Origin: Acidimicrobiales bacterium
GTDB lineage: Bacteria; Actinomycetota; Acidimicrobiia; Acidimicrobiales; CAIXPF01
NCBI GenBank assembly: GCA_046155365.1
Contig: JBJXFH010000068.1
Location: 8,921 to 72,920 of the forward strand
Direction of reading: 5' to 3'
Length of the DNA stretch: 64,000 nucleotides
Shown here: one piece after another, positions 29,395 to 37,907 of the stretch
Layout of the letters: every line of letters starts with the position of its first letter
How positions within the stretch are numbered: the stretch's first letter is position 1
The notes under the pieces: generated by a model
The model's input: the letters and a program-made list of their open reading frames with translations, nothing else
Databases searched by the model: none
Told to the model about the DNA's origin: nothing
Translations under genes and position numbers: made by a program

Positions 29395-31181
29395 CGCCCG
29401 CTCATCCCGGCCATCATCCGTCCACCCCATCGCCGGCATACTCGCCCGTTGTTACAGAGGGCGAAGCTTCCAAGCGCGACCGCGGCGCCGTGGCGGTATG
29501 GTTCGCGCTGTCCCTCACCGTGCTGCTTGGTATGGCAGGATTCGGCACCGACCTGGCTCGCCTGTATCTGACCGCCAGCCGGGCCCAGAACGCAGCGGAC
29601 GCCGCAGCCATGGCCGGAGTGGTGTTCATGCCGGCCAACTTCACCCAGGCCCGGTCCACCGCCATCACCATCTCAGCCAATCATGGGTTCAGCGCCCCCA
29701 CCGTCACCACCGGGGCCAGCCCCAACCAGATCCGGGTCACCACCGCGCTGACCGTCAACACGTCCTTCGTGAAGCTGCTGGGAGTACCGAACTTCACGGT
29801 ACGGCGTACCGCGCTGGCCGAATACGAGCAGCCGGTGGCCATGGGCAGCCCCGACCCGAACCTGGGCAACGACCCCGACAACAACATTCTGCCGCAGTAC
29901 TGGCTGAACATCTCCGGCCCCCAAACCGATAAGAGCCAGGGCGAACGCTACGGAGCGAAGCCGTGCGGAGCCTCGGGGGCCACCGAGTTCTGCACCACGG
30001 CCACCACCCCCAACAACGCCGAGTACTCCACCGATGGGTACTTCTTCGGCGTACGCGGGGTGGCGGGCCAGACGTTGCGCATACAGCTCTGGGACGCGGC
30101 GTATTACCCGGGCGGCCTCCGATGCAATGCGGGACCTTGGCCAAGCGCGGCCGAGCGCACCACACTGCAAACCTGGTACCCGGACGCCTCAACCCGCTAC
30201 GCCGGAGAGCCGACCACTGGAACCGCGCCGGTGAGCAAGTGGTGCACGGGTGACGTTGCGTTCCTCGGCACCTCCACCGCCGCCTCCTTGCTGGCGCGCA
30301 CCAGCGTGGTGGTACGAGCACCTGATATCACGCCGTGGACGGACAATGACAACCCCATCATCAGCACGTGCTCGAAGCACTTTCCCGGCTTTCCCCAAGG
30401 AACTTCGGCGGGCACCAACATCTATCGCTATCTCCACCCCTCAGATGGCGTCGCTGACGCGCAGGCGATACGCAACCCCACCGACGGGGTCTACACCTTC
30501 GCCGAGACCTTCCGGCAATGGGCGACCGTGTGCGACATCCCTGCGGCGGTGGATGGTGACTACATCGTGCAGATCCGGGCCAACGCCTCCGCTTTGGATC
30601 CCACCGTGTATGACGCCAGTGTGAGCTTTGAGGGCCAAAATCACTTTTCGATGCGGGTCGGTCAGGCGAACGGCGCCAACGGTGTGACCACCACGGGGTA
30701 CAACGTGTACGCACGGGGTCGCCTACCGATCTTCGCCAACGCCAGCGGCACCACGTTCAAGGCCGCTCGCGTCCTTCCCGGAGCCTCCAACCGCACGCTG
30801 CAACTCAACCTGTTCGACATCGGCGACGTCGCTAGCGGCGGGTCCCTTTCGGACGTCCTGTACTTCACCCCATCGCCGGACGTCACCTTGAACGGAAGCC
30901 CGATGACCAGCTTCAGCGGCTGTGTGTTCCGCCACAGTGGGGGCGTGGCGCTCACCGGCGCCAACCCGAGCAACTGTTCACTGGCGGGAGTGGTTTCCAG
31001 CATCTATCAGGGCAAGATCGTGACCGTAGAGATCCCGATCCCCAACGGGTATGGCTGCAACACGGCGAGTGCGACGGGTTGCTGGGTGAACGTATTGCCG
31101 TCCTACGTGACGGCTGTTCCTACCGATGCCACCACCTGGTCGGCGACCATGATCGGCACACCGGTGCGCCTGGTGCAGTGA
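29391..31181 (+). CDS. TadG-like pilus-associated protein, Cys/Thr-rich extracellular region
   Basis: RG-AVAVWFAL..GFGTDLAR..AQNAADAAAMAG. Confidence 0.85.
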   Translation: MTPAHPGHHPSTPSPAYSPVVTEGEASKRDRGAVAVWFALSLTVLLGMAGFGTDLARLYLTASRAQNAADAAAMAGVVFMPANFTQARSTAITISANHGFSAPTVTTGASPNQIRVTTALTVNTSFVKLLGVPNFTVRRTALAEYEQPVAMGSPDPNLGNDPDNNILPQYWLNISGPQTDKSQGERYGAKPCGASGATEFCTTATTPNNAEYSTDGYFFGVRGVAGQTLRIQLWDAAYYPGGLRCNAGPWPSAAERTTLQTWYPDASTRYAGEPTTGTAPVSKWCTGDVAFLGTSTAASLLARTSVVVRAPDITPWTDNDNPIISTCSKHFPGFPQGTSAGTNIYRYLHPSDGVADAQAIRNPTDGVYTFAETFRQWATVCDIPAAVDGDYIVQIRANASALDPTVYDASVSFEGQNHFSMRVGQANGANGVTTTGYNVYARGRLPIFANASGTTFKAARVLPGASNRTLQLNLFDIGDVASGGSLSDVLYFTPSPDVTLNGSPMTSFSGCVFRHSGGVALTGANPSNCSLAGVVSSIYQGKIVTVEIPIPNGYGCNTASATGCWVNVLPSYVTAVPTDATTWSATMIGTPVRLVQ

Positions 31182-31298
31182 GCGCAGATCCTTCTGGGCG
31201 AAATGGCCTAACCCGAGGATGCGCCAATACGGGCGCTTCCCCAAACTGGGCCCGTGCTCCACCGTGCTCGTCCCTGCCGTCCCAACCGTCCACGTCCG

Positions 31299-31820
31299 AT
31301 GGCACGAACGCGCCCGGATCGAACTTGGCGTTGCGCCCGCCGGGACGAGGGCGCGGTGGCCGTGGAGTTTTCCTTGGTGCTGCCGCTGCTGTTGCTCATC
31401 ACGTTGGGCATGATCTCCACCGGTTTCGTGCTGAACAGAAAGATGTCGCTGTCCCAGGCCAGCGGTGAAGCAGCCCGTTATGGCGCCATTCTGGATGACG
31501 AGGAATGCAATCCGGTGGCCGTGTGCGGCGGCAAGAACTGGGCACAACTGGTGCAAGCCATCGCTGTGGAGCGCGCCGGTGGCGACGCCGCCACGGCCAA
31601 CGTCTGCGTGGCTCTGGTTGAGGGACCCGGTACCGCGCCGGTGGCCATCGCCGCCTCCCACACCACGGCTGGCGGAACCAACGCCTGTTACGTCGATAAC
31701 AGCGCCAGCTCCTCCCGTCGGGTTCAGATCAGGGTCATCCGCAACGACCAGATCCAATTGTTTGCCACCGCCATCCCCCTCACCCTCAGTTCCAAGGCAA
31801 CGGCGAGGGCGCAGGCATGA
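31299..31820 (+). CDS. TadE-family pseudopilin
   Basis: EG-AVAVEFSLVLPLLL..GEAARYG. Confidence 0.88.
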   Translation: MARTRPDRTWRCARRDEGAVAVEFSLVLPLLLLITLGMISTGFVLNRKMSLSQASGEAARYGAILDDEECNPVAVCGGKNWAQLVQAIAVERAGGDAATANVCVALVEGPGTAPVAIAASHTTAGGTNACYVDNSASSSRRVQIRVIRNDQIQLFATAIPLTLSSKATARAQA

Positions 31821-33541
31821 TGGGGCGCCTTTTCGCTCGCTACCACCGTACTGACCGCGAGTCGGGAGCGGTGGCCGTAATCAGCGCCATGATGATGACG
31901 GGGTTGCTGATGGTCACTGCCGTCGTGGTCGACCTGGGCTACGTACGGCAGAGTACGGTGGTGGATCAAAATGCCGCGGACCTTTCCGCGTTGGCCGCGA
32001 GCACCCAACTTGCGGCCCGCCGACCCCAAGCGGCGTGCATCGACGCCGCCAACACCCTCAAGACCAACATGCAAGGCGTTGGCAGTCTCAACACCACCAC
32101 GTTGTGCAACCCGATGCCGGTTGTTGCCTGCAACCCGATCGCGCCCACATCGCCGGCGTCGTCCTCCCAGACGGTAAACGGCTTCACCGTCACCGTTCGC
32201 TATCCGGTTACCGACGCGGACATCGCGGATCCCAACTATGGCGCTGGTCTTGCGGACGGCAGTTCCTGCGAGCGGATGCGACTGTCGATCGCCTCCACCG
32301 AACCGGCGTTCTTTGGGGCCATCGCCAACAAGAGTTCGTACAAGATCAGCCGTAGCGCCACGGTGCGGGCCACCTATGTGCCGGGCGCACAGATTCCAGC
32401 CTTGTGGTTGCTCGACCCGTGGGGTTGCACCTCCCTCGCCGTGACCGGTGGCGCCCAGCTGACCGCCGGAACGGCCACCAGTCCCGGGGTGATCGTCGCT
32501 GACAGCGATGGCTCCAGCTGTACTGGCAGCCAGTCAACGATCTCCGCCACCGGAGCCGGTACCAACCTCACCGCGGCACCGACGTCTGGCCCCTCTCGCG
32601 GCACCATCAAGCTGTACTCGATGGGCCTCAACGCCACCACCTGCACCATGCCCTCCTGCGATCCTGCCGACGTTGCCGCGGCCCGCATCACCCCCCAACC
32701 ACTGCACCTCGATGCCCGGGCGTCCCGGCTGCCCGTCGACTGGGCGTACAACTGCAAGAGCGGCTACCCCGCCTATCACAGTTTGCCGATCATGGATTGC
32801 CCCTATCCGAAACCCGCCTACGTTGACCTGCTCAAGACGGCGATCGGCACCAGCGGATCTCCGCCCGGCTTCCAGAAGTGGAGCTCCAGCTACAGCTGCA
32901 ACCCGTCGGGCACCACCACCGTCAATGGGAACTGGTGGGTGGACTGCAACGGTGGACTGAAGATCGGCAACGGCACCCATATCACCTTTGCCAGCGGCAA
33001 CGTGGTGTTCGACAAGCCGTTCGATATGACTGGTGGGAGCCTCAGCTTCAACACCAGCAACCCCAGTACCGCTCTGGCGTCCAGTTGCGTGGCGCCGTCG
33101 GTGACCACTCCCTGCTTGAGCAGCTCCAGCAGCAAGGCGGCCATCGTGTATGTCCGCGATGGATCTATCAAGATCACCGGTGGTGCACTCACCGCTCGTG
33201 GCGTCACCGGGTTCCTACCCAACGGCTACTTCGCCGCCACCGGCGGTGCGCCACCCGTGTGGCTGGGCTCCACGGAGGGACCTCTTGCCGGTTTGGCCAT
33301 GTGGTCGGACTTTGCTTCAAGTCAGTTCCAGATCAACGGCGGGGCCGGCGCACAGCTGGAGGGCACGTTCTTCACTCCAGAGGCCCAGCCGTTCAGCTTG
33401 GCCGGCGGGAGCAACTGGGGTCAACAAGACGCCCAGTTCATCACCTACCAGCTGGCAGTGTCCGGCGGTGGGCAGATCAGCCTCAACCCCCGCGCCAACG
33501 CGGTCACCCTTCCCCAGAAGTACGCACGGCTCATCCGCTGA
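31817..33541 (+). CDS. Second TadG-like pilus-associated protein
   Basis: SG-AVAVI..VVDLG..QNAADLSALAA; Gly/Thr/Cys-rich beta-type C-terminus. Confidence 0.85.
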   Translation: MMGRLFARYHRTDRESGAVAVISAMMMTGLLMVTAVVVDLGYVRQSTVVDQNAADLSALAASTQLAARRPQAACIDAANTLKTNMQGVGSLNTTTLCNPMPVVACNPIAPTSPASSSQTVNGFTVTVRYPVTDADIADPNYGAGLADGSSCERMRLSIASTEPAFFGAIANKSSYKISRSATVRATYVPGAQIPALWLLDPWGCTSLAVTGGAQLTAGTATSPGVIVADSDGSSCTGSQSTISATGAGTNLTAAPTSGPSRGTIKLYSMGLNATTCTMPSCDPADVAAARITPQPLHLDARASRLPVDWAYNCKSGYPAYHSLPIMDCPYPKPAYVDLLKTAIGTSGSPPGFQKWSSSYSCNPSGTTTVNGNWWVDCNGGLKIGNGTHITFASGNVVFDKPFDMTGGSLSFNTSNPSTALASSCVAPSVTTPCLSSSSSKAAIVYVRDGSIKITGGALTARGVTGFLPNGYFAATGGAPPVWLGSTEGPLAGLAMWSDFASSQFQINGGAGAQLEGTFFTPEAQPFSLAGGSNWGQQDAQFITYQLAVSGGGQISLNPRANAVTLPQKYARLIR

Positions 33542-34925
33542 AGACGCTGGGAGCACCGGCACTTGACGGTTGCGGGTCCACGGGCAGCACGTCATCGGCA
33601 CGCTGGTACGTCGGCTCCAGGCTGACGCTGGCAGCCCCCCGCAGCAGATCGAGGCATTCAACGATCGCCCACAAGGCGGTGAGCCCGCCGATGGATGTTG
33701 CCACCGCCGGGAACCAGAAGAACACCCCGCTGACCACTACCACCCCGGCCAGAGCGGCGCCACCGCAACGGCGCCACCGCGGCCGGGCGTAGCTGGCCCG
33801 ATCCAGGTACCAGGCTGCCGCGGGCACCGCCAGCACCAGCGCGTCGTAGAAGTACAACCTCGGATTGGCGGCCACCATCACCAGGGCCGTCACCCCGACC
33901 AGCCTGAGCCGATAGCGCTGATGGCTACCAACCCGATAACACGTGATGCCGAACAAGATCAGCAGCGGTAGCACCAACACCAGCCAGAGCGCCCAGATGG
34001 CCGTGGACCCCGATTGCTCCCCGTTGAGGATGCGAAGGAACGCCAGCAGCGTGGCCTGTTTGTCCACTGGAGCTTTGCCGGACTCTTGACGTTGGGCCAC
34101 TCCCCCCACTGCCCGCACGAAGTCCATCCACGCCGCCCAGGCGAAGGGCGCAGTGACCGCCACCACCACCAGCCCGCTCACGACCCAGCGCCGCAGCAAC
34201 TGCCACTGACCTGACAGCATCAGGAACAAGGCTGCGAAGACCGCCAGGTTCGGCTTGAGCGCCAGCAGTACCAAACAGTATGAGGCGCGACGAACAGACG
34301 GCGAGAGCAGGGCCGGATCAGCGGTCAGCTTCCGTTGCAGCACCCCAGTGGGACTCCCTGCACTCCCGTGCGCCGGATCGGCGAGTTGCGGCGCTGTCGC
34401 CAACAACGGCGGGGCCGGCCGAGAGGGCCACCTCGATCCGTCAGCGGTCGCCATGGCGCACAAGGCCACCAGGTACAGCGCGCTGTACTGCCCGGTTACC
34501 AGGACCTGAAGGGTGGTGGGGGCGAACACCAGCATGCCGCAATACACGAGGTACCGTCCCTGTTGGGATCCGGTGAGCTCGCGCAGGCGCCGACATGACC
34601 ACCGCAGTGCGAACAACGTCATGGCCACGGTCAACCAGTACGACGCCTGGTAGGGCAGCATACCGAGCGGCATGCTCAGGGGAAGGGCGAAGGGCGGATA
34701 CAGGTAGGGCCAGCGCTCGGAGCCGGACTCTCGATAGACGCCGCTCCAATCACCGCTGAGTGCCCGCCAACCGGCACGGTCAAACGCGACCCAGTCCCGA
34801 TCGAGCAGCGCCAGGTTCTTGTATGCGGCCATGAGCCACAGCGCCAGGATCCCGAGACCGGCAAACAACGCCAGCAGATGGCCGACCGTACGCACGCGTC
34901 GCCGAGCACCCGAGACCGCCTGCAC
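33531..34925 (-). CDS. GT87/DUF2029-like membrane glycosyltransferase
   Basis: DWVAF, YLYPPF..L, GQ, LALKP, P..YFYD motifs; multi-TM. Confidence 0.8.
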   Translation of the reverse strand: MQAVSGARRRVRTVGHLLALFAGLGILALWLMAAYKNLALLDRDWVAFDRAGWRALSGDWSGVYRESGSERWPYLYPPFALPLSMPLGMLPYQASYWLTVAMTLFALRWSCRRLRELTGSQQGRYLVYCGMLVFAPTTLQVLVTGQYSALYLVALCAMATADGSRWPSRPAPPLLATAPQLADPAHGSAGSPTGVLQRKLTADPALLSPSVRRASYCLVLLALKPNLAVFAALFLMLSGQWQLLRRWVVSGLVVVAVTAPFAWAAWMDFVRAVGGVAQRQESGKAPVDKQATLLAFLRILNGEQSGSTAIWALWLVLVLPLLILFGITCYRVGSHQRYRLRLVGVTALVMVAANPRLYFYDALVLAVPAAAWYLDRASYARPRWRRCGGAALAGVVVVSGVFFWFPAVATSIGGLTALWAIVECLDLLRGAASVSLEPTYQRADDVLPVDPQPSSAGAPSVFSG

Positions 34926-34932
34926 CGCATGT

Positions 34933-34960
34933 ACATCGACGGCGCACCCTTGACCCTTGA
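34933..34960 (-). promoter_or_regulatory. Putative sigma28/WhiG-like promoter of the GT87-like gene
   Basis: Minus strand TCAA-N16-GTCGATGT, 7 nt before GTG 34925. Confidence 0.55.
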
Positions 34961-35027
34961 GATCGAGAAGCGGTCAGAGCGAATCGGCCGCAGCTGGCCG
35001 ACTATCTATCTAGTGCACACCCGGCGC

Positions 35028-35240
35028 TCAGCTACTGATGAGGTTCTGCGGGAAGGTTTGGAACAGGCCGGTGATGGCGCCGCCCAGCATCGAAACCGAG
35101 ATCACCAACACCACGACCAACAGACCCAACAGCAGCGCGTACTCCGCCGCCGTGGACCCACGATCCTCACGCCAGGAGCGGACCGCCGCCAACCTGATCC
35201 ACCGTCCAACCCCCGCGGCGCGCCCTAATGACACAGACAT
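35028..35240 (-). CDS. flp: Flp pilin (divergent third copy)
   Basis: DRG-STAAEYALL plus hydrophobic helix; strong SD GGAGGAGG. Confidence 0.88.
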   Translation of the reverse strand: MSVSLGRAAGVGRWIRLAAVRSWREDRGSTAAEYALLLGLLVVVLVISVSMLGGAITGLFQTFPQNLISS

Positions 35241-35368
35241 ACTTCCTCCTCCTCAGGGCCTCTCTGAGACCCCCCACCTGGCAAGACAGCACAGAAGCAC
35301 CGAGCGAACAAGCGTCGAACGGGGTCCCTTCGAAGGGTGATCGATAAGCCCATATACAGCAACTCTCA

Positions 35369-35412
35369 CCGTGGCGATCTCAGAGGGACCATGACTACAG
35401 TCCCACTTTCGG
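35369..35412. promoter_or_regulatory. Conserved non-coding block upstream of pilin 35028-35240
   Basis: CCGTGGCGATCTC..GGACCATGAC..CAGTCCCACTTT, repeated at 35830-35874 while its flanks diverge. Confidence 0.5.
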
Positions 35413-35455
35413 CGGGGCCCGAGTTACGCGGCAGGGGCGTCCAGCCGGGAAAGAG

Positions 35456-35490
35456 CGGAGGGGACGGACCCGAACAGGCCGTCCCCTCCG
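35456..35490 (-). terminator. Hairpin terminator after pilin 35547-35756
   Basis: 12-bp stem CGGAGGGGACGG/CCGTCCCCTCCG followed by CTCTTT on the minus strand. Confidence 0.65.
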
Positions 35491-35546
35491 TGCACAATCA
35501 GTTGCTGATTTGGTACCCGAACGGCCCGATCAAAGGCCGAGCAAGA

Positions 35547-35756
35547 TCAGGTGTTGGCGCTGTTCAGAGTGTTCCCCGTCCGGGTGAACACCCCAGAGAT
35601 GGATTCACCAAGCACTCTCACGGCGACGATAATGGCCACTGCGATGAGCGCCACCAGCAGGGCGTACTCTGCGGCGGTGGCACCCTCGGTACGGTTCTTC
35701 AGAGCCACGGCCCAAGCCTGCACCGCAGCAGTGCTACGAATGGCAAGATCTTTCAT
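35547..35756 (-). CDS. flp: Flp pilin
   Basis: TEG-ATAAEYALLVALIAVAII; SD GGAGG. Confidence 0.93.
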   Translation of the reverse strand: MKDLAIRSTAAVQAWAVALKNRTEGATAAEYALLVALIAVAIIVAVRVLGESISGVFTRTGNTLNSANT

Positions 35757-35829
35757 ATTTCTTTCCTCCCGGACACAGACATATCTATAGAAGCAGCCTG
35801 TCTGATGTCGCGGGCTACGGCATCGCTCG

Positions 35830-35874
35830 CCGTGGCGATCTCAAGCGGACCATGACCGCAGTCCCACTTTTCGG
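35830..35874. promoter_or_regulatory. Second copy of the conserved block, upstream of pilin 35547-35756
   Basis: Near-identical to 35369-35412. Confidence 0.5.
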
Positions 35875-35918
35875 TCCGGGGGGGCAACCACGATGGGCAC
35901 CAACGTGAAAAAGAACGC

Positions 35919-35947
35919 GAGGGACGGCCCGTAGCAGGCCGTCCCTC
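35919..35947 (-). terminator. Hairpin terminator after pilin 36007-36216
   Basis: 11-bp stem GAGGGACGGCC/GGCCGTCCCTC followed by GCGTTCTTTTT on the minus strand. Confidence 0.7.
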
Positions 35948-36006
35948 TCGAACACAATCAGTTGCGGGTTTGGTACCAGAACGGCCCGCTCAAGGGCCGT
36001 AGAAGA

Positions 36007-36216
36007 TCAGGTGTTGGCGCTGTTCAGGGTGTTCCCAGTCCGGGTGAAGACACCCGAGATCGAGGTGCCCAGGGCCCGCACGGCCACGATGATGGCCACA
36101 GCGATAAGGGCCACCAGCAAGGCGTACTCTGCGGCGGTGGCACCCTCGGTACGGTTCTTCAGAGTCACGGCCCAGGCCTGCACTGCAGCCGTGCTACGAA
36201 TGGCGAGATCCTTCAT
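36007..36216 (-). CDS. flp: Flp pilin (tandem duplicate, 3 aa different from 35547-35756)
   Basis: TEG-ATAAEYALL; offset 460 bp from its paralog. Confidence 0.93.
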   Translation of the reverse strand: MKDLAIRSTAAVQAWAVTLKNRTEGATAAEYALLVALIAVAIIVAVRALGTSISGVFTRTGNTLNSANT

Positions 36217-36453
36217 GTTTCTTTCCTCCACAAGGTGTGTTCACCGGACGGAGACCACGATGAGACACCGGGGCCGATCCGTCATCGACCCGGCTGGGGA
36301 TCCGGGCCGAAGCGTGACCCACGGCCCACTCCGATGGACCCCTGCCGGGATCAAGGTCCGGAGCCGACACACACAGACGACTGCACTGTGGGTCCTTTTG
36401 CCCACGTCAGCAACACCAATGGGAGCTAGGACCAAGGTCCTGAAAGACCGAAG

Positions 36454-36481
36454 TGAAGGTCGACCGATTGCGCGCCGATAT
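36454..36481 (+). promoter_or_regulatory. Putative sigma28/WhiG-like promoter of the response regulator
   Basis: TGAA-N16-GCCGATAT, 7 nt before in-frame GTG 36489. Confidence 0.55.
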
Positions 36482-36488
36482 CCTCGAC

Positions 36489-37244
36489 GTGGCAACGACA
36501 AACCTCGCAGCGACGGACCTGGCCGGTACGGCACGGGACCCACAGTCCGCCAGCATCGCCAACGCACCGATCGGCGGCCGAGTCATCATCGTCGATCAGC
36601 AAGCGATGATCGCGGAAAGCCTGGCCCTGGTGTTGCAAATGGCCGAGGTCACCACCTCGATCATTCGTGACAGCTCCCTGGAGGCGGTCCTGCGCCAGGT
36701 GCGGGCCTTCGACCCTGACCTGGTGCTGGTCAACGCCAACGGCGGCGATGCTCCGGACACGGTGCGGACCCTGAGCCGGGCTGCGGCCAAGGTGGTGGTG
36801 GTGACCGATGGCAGCGACCGCATCAGGGTGGCGTCTTGCATCGAGGCCGGCGCGACCGGCGCCGTCGCCACCAGTGATCCGGTGGATTCGCTGCTCAACG
36901 CGGTCCGCGAGACCGTGGCCGGGCGCCGTCTGCTGTCACCGACCACCGAGCGGGACCTGCTGGGCGAGCTGCAACTGCACCGCCGGGACAACGCCATGCG
37001 CCTGGCCAAGTTCCAGAACCTCTCCAACCGGGAGTCCGAGGTGCTGTGGGCGCTGATGATGGGGCGGGCGGCCAATGAGATCGCCGAGGAGTCCTACGTC
37101 TCCATCGCCACCATCCGCAGCCAGATCAAGGCCATCCTGCGCAAGCTGGAGGTCAACTCTCAGCTGGCTGCGGTGGCCCTGGCATACCAAGCCGGATGGA
37201 CCCGGGAGAGCTTCCGCAACGGGAACGGACAGCGCACTTACTGA
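36489..37244 (+). CDS. Atypical orphan NarL/LuxR-family response regulator
   Basis: Receiver-like RVIIVDQQ..PDLVLVN plus LuxR HTH LSNRESEVL..IAEESYVSIATIRSQIKAILRKLEV; start could be 36453. Confidence 0.88.
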   Translation: MATTNLAATDLAGTARDPQSASIANAPIGGRVIIVDQQAMIAESLALVLQMAEVTTSIIRDSSLEAVLRQVRAFDPDLVLVNANGGDAPDTVRTLSRAAAKVVVVTDGSDRIRVASCIEAGATGAVATSDPVDSLLNAVRETVAGRRLLSPTTERDLLGELQLHRRDNAMRLAKFQNLSNRESEVLWALMMGRAANEIAEESYVSIATIRSQIKAILRKLEVNSQLAAVALAYQAGWTRESFRNGNGQRTY

Positions 37245-37274
37245 TCGGTACCGTACCGACTGGCACCGTACCGG

Positions 37275-37865
37275 TCAGTGCAGCCAGTCACGCATGAGTT
37301 GGGGGGCCCGCATGGCCCAATCCTCAGCGATGATGGCGAACTGCATGTGGTCTTCCCACTCACCGTTGATCTGCAGGTAGCCCACGGCCACCCCTTCGCA
37401 ACGGATGCCAAGCTTTTCCACCACCCGACGGCTGGCGCCGTTGCGGGGCACGATGGAGATCAGCAGCCGGTGCAGCGCCAGGTCCTCGAAGGCGAAGCGC
37501 ACCATGAGCACCACCGCTTCGGGGCAGTAGCCGTTACCGGCTTGGGCCATATCCACCCAATACCCCACGTTGCCGCCCTGCATCGGCCCCCGCTGCACCG
37601 CCGACAGGTTGATCTCCCCGCTGAAGGCCCCGCCGACGAAGATGCCGAAGCCGTAACCGGTACCCAACTGTCGCTCACGTTGGCGGGCTGAGCAGCGGGC
37701 GGAAAAAGCATCAAAGCTCTCCGCCGGATCGGGCTGGCCGGCCATGCGACGTGGTTCCCACTTGGTCAACCAGTCGACATTACGGCGTCGTACCTCCTGG
37801 TATGCGGAGAAGTCCGCCACCGTGAGGGGACGCAGCACCACCCGGCGACCGCTGAGCACCGTCAC
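37275..37865 (-). CDS. RimJ/RimL-like GNAT N-acetyltransferase
   Basis: LTKWEP, NVGYWVD..AGNG, LALHRL, N.ASRRVVEKLG, YLQINGEWEDH. Confidence 0.9.
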   Translation of the reverse strand: MTVLSGRRVVLRPLTVADFSAYQEVRRRNVDWLTKWEPRRMAGQPDPAESFDAFSARCSARQRERQLGTGYGFGIFVGGAFSGEINLSAVQRGPMQGGNVGYWVDMAQAGNGYCPEAVVLMVRFAFEDLALHRLLISIVPRNGASRRVVEKLGIRCEGVAVGYLQINGEWEDHMQFAIIAEDWAMRAPQLMRDWLH

Positions 37866-37907
37866 TGATCCGACCGTTCCACCCTGATCCAGCGGCCCCT
37901 GCGAACC

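Noticed and set aside
35241-36450. c-di-GMP or c-di-AMP riboswitch upstream of the pilins
   Set aside because: Could not match the consensus elements by eye; needs an Rfam scan.
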